Virus record (IMG/VR): IMGVR_UViG_2540341091_000002
Location: 1-39,009 of that record
Origin: a virus
Taxonomy: Duplodnaviria; Heunggongvirae; Uroviricota; Caudoviricetes
Direction: 5' to 3' (one strand)
Length of the DNA: 39,009 bases
Made by a program: the position numbers and the translations under genes. Below the pieces are notes generated by a model. It saw only the letters and a list, made by a program, of their open reading frames with translations. It searched no databases and had not been told where the DNA came from. This document shows, in pieces, positions 36,693-39,009 of the stretch; the stretch's first letter is position 1; each line of letters begins with the position of its first letter.

Positions 36693-37257
36693 TATCCGGC
36701 GCGGTGCTGGTATCTGTTACCGTCACCGCGTCAATGTAATCCAGCACGGCGTTAAGTCGGGTTGTTTCTGCCTGCGTCAGTTTCCGTCCGGCCTGCAATT
36801 TCAGTTGAATCAGACTAATGGAAGCCATTGCAGTATCAATCAGTGACTGACGTTGTGCTTCTGCCGCGTCTACTGCGGCGCTATGCTGTGCCTCGGTATC
36901 CGTCACCCATTTCTCACCATCCCATTTATCGTATGGCGTTAACGGTGAAAGCGTGACATAACCGTCTTTGATGGCACCGATATAATCCACTGTAACAGCT
37001 GCGCCATTTTCTGTTGAGTAAACAGTCTCATTGCGATGGTCTTCTTCATGGCTCCATCCCTTACCCGTAAATACTGCCACTTTTCCCGGAATGTTTTCGC
37101 CAGGGTCAATACCAGTGGAACAGGCGGGCATACTTACGCCAGTATTAATATATTCATCAGACCAGCCCGTATACTCAGATGTTTCAGCATCATAATAAAA
37201 ACAACGCATATCGCCCGGCACTGTAGCCAGCCCATTTTCATCAAAAACAGGTTTCAT
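36664..37257 (-). CDS. Tail fibre assembly protein (alternative Tfa, inverted orientation)
   Basis: 197 aa; C-terminus DIIWPELPEA parallels the plus-strand Tfa; convergent 3' ends overlap, as in Mu U/U' and e14 tfaP/tfaE. Confidence 0.8.
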   Translation of the reverse strand: MKPVFDENGLATVPGDMRCFYYDAETSEYTGWSDEYINTGVSMPACSTGIDPGENIPGKVAVFTGKGWSHEEDHRNETVYSTENGAAVTVDYIGAIKDGYVTLSPLTPYDKWDGEKWVTDTEAQHSAAVDAAEAQRQSLIDTAMASISLIQLKLQAGRKLTQAETTRLNAVLDYIDAVTVTDTSTAPDIIWPELPEA

Positions 37258-37726
37258 TATTTAGCCCTCACCAGAAAGTTAAATGCAATATTTCGCGGTC
37301 TGACTGCAACAAAATTCACACCATCACCCACAGAGTTACTGGTGAAATTAAATCGTGAAAATCCTGGCTGATTTCCGGCGATGCCATCATGAAAGTTAAT
37401 TGCGTGTCCCGCACCTTCGCCTATATTCCCGGCAAACTGAGAAAAGTTTGTAGCGTTCTGCCAGCTTAATAATTCGCGACCACCGTCTACACCTCGCCCG
37501 TCATCCCAGACACGAATGAAATCACCGCGTGCGTCAGGTAATGCCAGCGCCGGAAACACTTTCGCCAGCACAGGGTAATCAGTGGCAGAAAATTTCGCCC
37601 CGTTGAACTTCAAAAACACCATACTGGACCAGCTGTCGATTACAGTATTTGGCATTGCAGCGGACGGCCAGAAGAACGGAACGCCAATAGCTGGAGAACC
37701 TTCTCCCAAACCAACGTTTATGAAAA
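37257..37726 (-). CDS. Silent alternative tail-fibre C-terminal cassette (no own start; expressed only after inversion). Boundaries approximate
   Basis: Open frame continues from the right crossover site (encoding GLGEG, matching LGLGE in the expressed gene); the track ORF's apparent start MSGNIGANP lies inside the IS2 end and is artefactual. Confidence 0.6.
37701..37726. repeat. Right recombination site of the invertible tail-fibre segment (inverted copy of the 35896 site)
   Basis: ttctcccaaaccaacgtttatgaaaa; first 14 bp identical to the reverse complement of the left site, 19 of 26 overall. Confidence 0.6.
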
Positions 37727-37780
37727 TGCAGAAATAACGAGCAAATGGCATCATTCCTGCTTTTGTCAGTGGATTTGCCC

Positions 37781-38686
37781 CTATATTTCCAGACATCTGT
37801 TATCACTTAACCCATTACAAGCCCGCTGCCGCAGATATTCCCGTGGCGAGCGATAACCCAGCGCACTATGCGGATGCCATTCGTTATAATGCTCGAACGC
37901 CTCTGCAAGGTTCTTTGCTGCCGTTAACCCGTCTGGTTTGGGCATGATACTGATGTAGTCACGCTTTATCGTTTTCACGAAGCTCTCTGCTATTCCGTTA
38001 CTCTCCGGACTCCGCACCGCCGTGTTCTTCGGTTCAAGTCCCAACATCCGGGCGAACTGGCGTGTTTCATTAGCCCGGTAGCATGAACCATTATCCGTCA
38101 GCCACTCCACTGGAGACGACGGAAGATCGTTGCCGAAGCGGCGTTCCACCGCTCCCAGCATGACGTCCTGTACTGTTTCACTGTTGAAGCCGCCGGTAGT
38201 GACCGCCCAGTGCAGTGCCTCACGATCACAGCAGTCCAGCGCGAACGTGACACGCAGTCTCTCTCCGTTATCACAGCAGAACTCGAACCCGTCAGAGCAC
38301 CATCGCTGATTGCTTTCTTTCACGGCCACTCTGCCTGTATGTGCCCGTTTCGATGGCGGTACAGCAGGTTTTCGCTCAAGCAACAGCGCATTCTGGCGCA
38401 TGATCCGGTAAACACGTTTGGCATTGATCGCAGGCATACCATCAAGTTCTGCCTGTCTGCGAAGCAGCGCCCATACCCGACGATAACCATACGTGGGCAG
38501 CTCTCCGATAACATGGTGTATACGGAGAAGCACATCCGTATCATCAGTGTGACGACTGCGGCGGCCATCCATCCAGTCATCGGTTCGTCTGAGAATGACG
38601 TGCAACTGCGCACGCGACACCCGGAGACAACGGCTGACTAAGCTTACTCCCCATCCCCGGGCAATAAGGGCGCGTGCGCTATCCAC
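37781..38686 (-). CDS. insD: IS2 transposase OrfB (InsD; DDE integrase-like catalytic domain)
   Basis: 301 aa beginning [16 protein letters not shown]; recognised as IS2 InsD. Confidence 0.9.
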
Positions 38687-39009
38687 TTTTTTGCCCGTCC
38701 ATATTCAACGGCTTCTTTGAGGAGTTCATTTTCCATCGTTTTCTTGCCGAGCAGGCGCTGGAGTTCTTTAATCTGCTTCATGGCGGCAGCAAGTTCAGAG
38801 GCAGGAACAACCTGTTCTCCGGCGGCGACAGCAGTAAGACTTCCTTCCTGGTATTGCTTACGCCAGAGAAATAACTGGCTGGCTGCTACACCATGTTGCC
38901 GGGCAACGAGGGAGACCGTCATCCCCGGTTCAAAGCTCTGCTGAACAATTGCGATCTTTTCCTGTGTGGTACGCCGTCTGCGTTTCTCCGGCCCTAAGAC
39001 ATCAATCAT
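38644..39009 (-). CDS. insC: IS2 OrfA (InsC; HTH DNA-binding component of the transposase)
   Basis: 121 aa beginning [33 protein letters not shown]; start codon at the last three bases of the window. Confidence 0.9.

Larger units (their letters stand above)
37770..39009 (-). mobile_element. IS2 insertion sequence (IS3 family), partial; continues past the window end
   Basis: Terminal sequence tggatttgcccctatatttccagacatctgttatcacttaa at 37770 matches the IS2 right end as I recall it; encodes InsD and InsC on the minus strand; an InsC start at 39009 places the other IS end off-window. Confidence 0.9.

Noticed and set aside
36574-36846. 90-aa plus-strand ORF spanning the junction of the two tail-fibre assembly genes
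   Set aside because: It overlaps both well-supported Tfa genes out of frame and has a low-complexity translation; a shadow ORF.
37727-37796. Apparent start codon and first ~23 codons of the minus-strand fibre ORF (MSGNIGANP...)
   Set aside because: These codons are encoded by the IS2 terminal inverted repeat and the short spacer outside the crossover site, so the start is an insertion artefact.

Overview
This window is the left ~39 kb of a temperate-phage (prophage) genome, read entirely by eye from the sequence and the ORF track; no searches were run. It opens with what I recognise as the 5' end of host prfC ([22 protein letters not shown]...), truncated after 22 native codons, followed by a tyrosine integrase, so the element appears integrated into prfC. 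Gene order is: integrase; an AT-rich 417-aa cargo gene; a leftward early operon (YfdP/YfdQ/YfdR-like proteins, a PAPS-reductase-family protein, an excisionase-like gene); CI/Cro immunity region; replication gene with internal iterons; Dam-type methyltransferase, LexA-N-like regulator, RusA, KilA-N, DUF968; antiterminator Q with a downstream terminator; lysis cassette (holin-like proteins, GH19-type endolysin, nested Rz/Rz1); HNH endonuclease and terminase; an HK97-type head module; and a Mu-type contractile tail and baseplate module. The right end carries an invertible tail-fibre segment (two inverted fibre/assembly cassettes flanked by gix/pix-like 26-bp sites), followed 43 bp later by an IS2 copy that runs off the window. 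The best candidate for something undescribed is the AT-rich 417-aa gene between integrase and excisionase, which has a possible PD-(D/E)xK-like core; this is unverified. Other points worth a second look are the early-left enzyme cluster, the small late ORF at the Stx-equivalent locus after Q, and the IS2-interrupted inversion switch.
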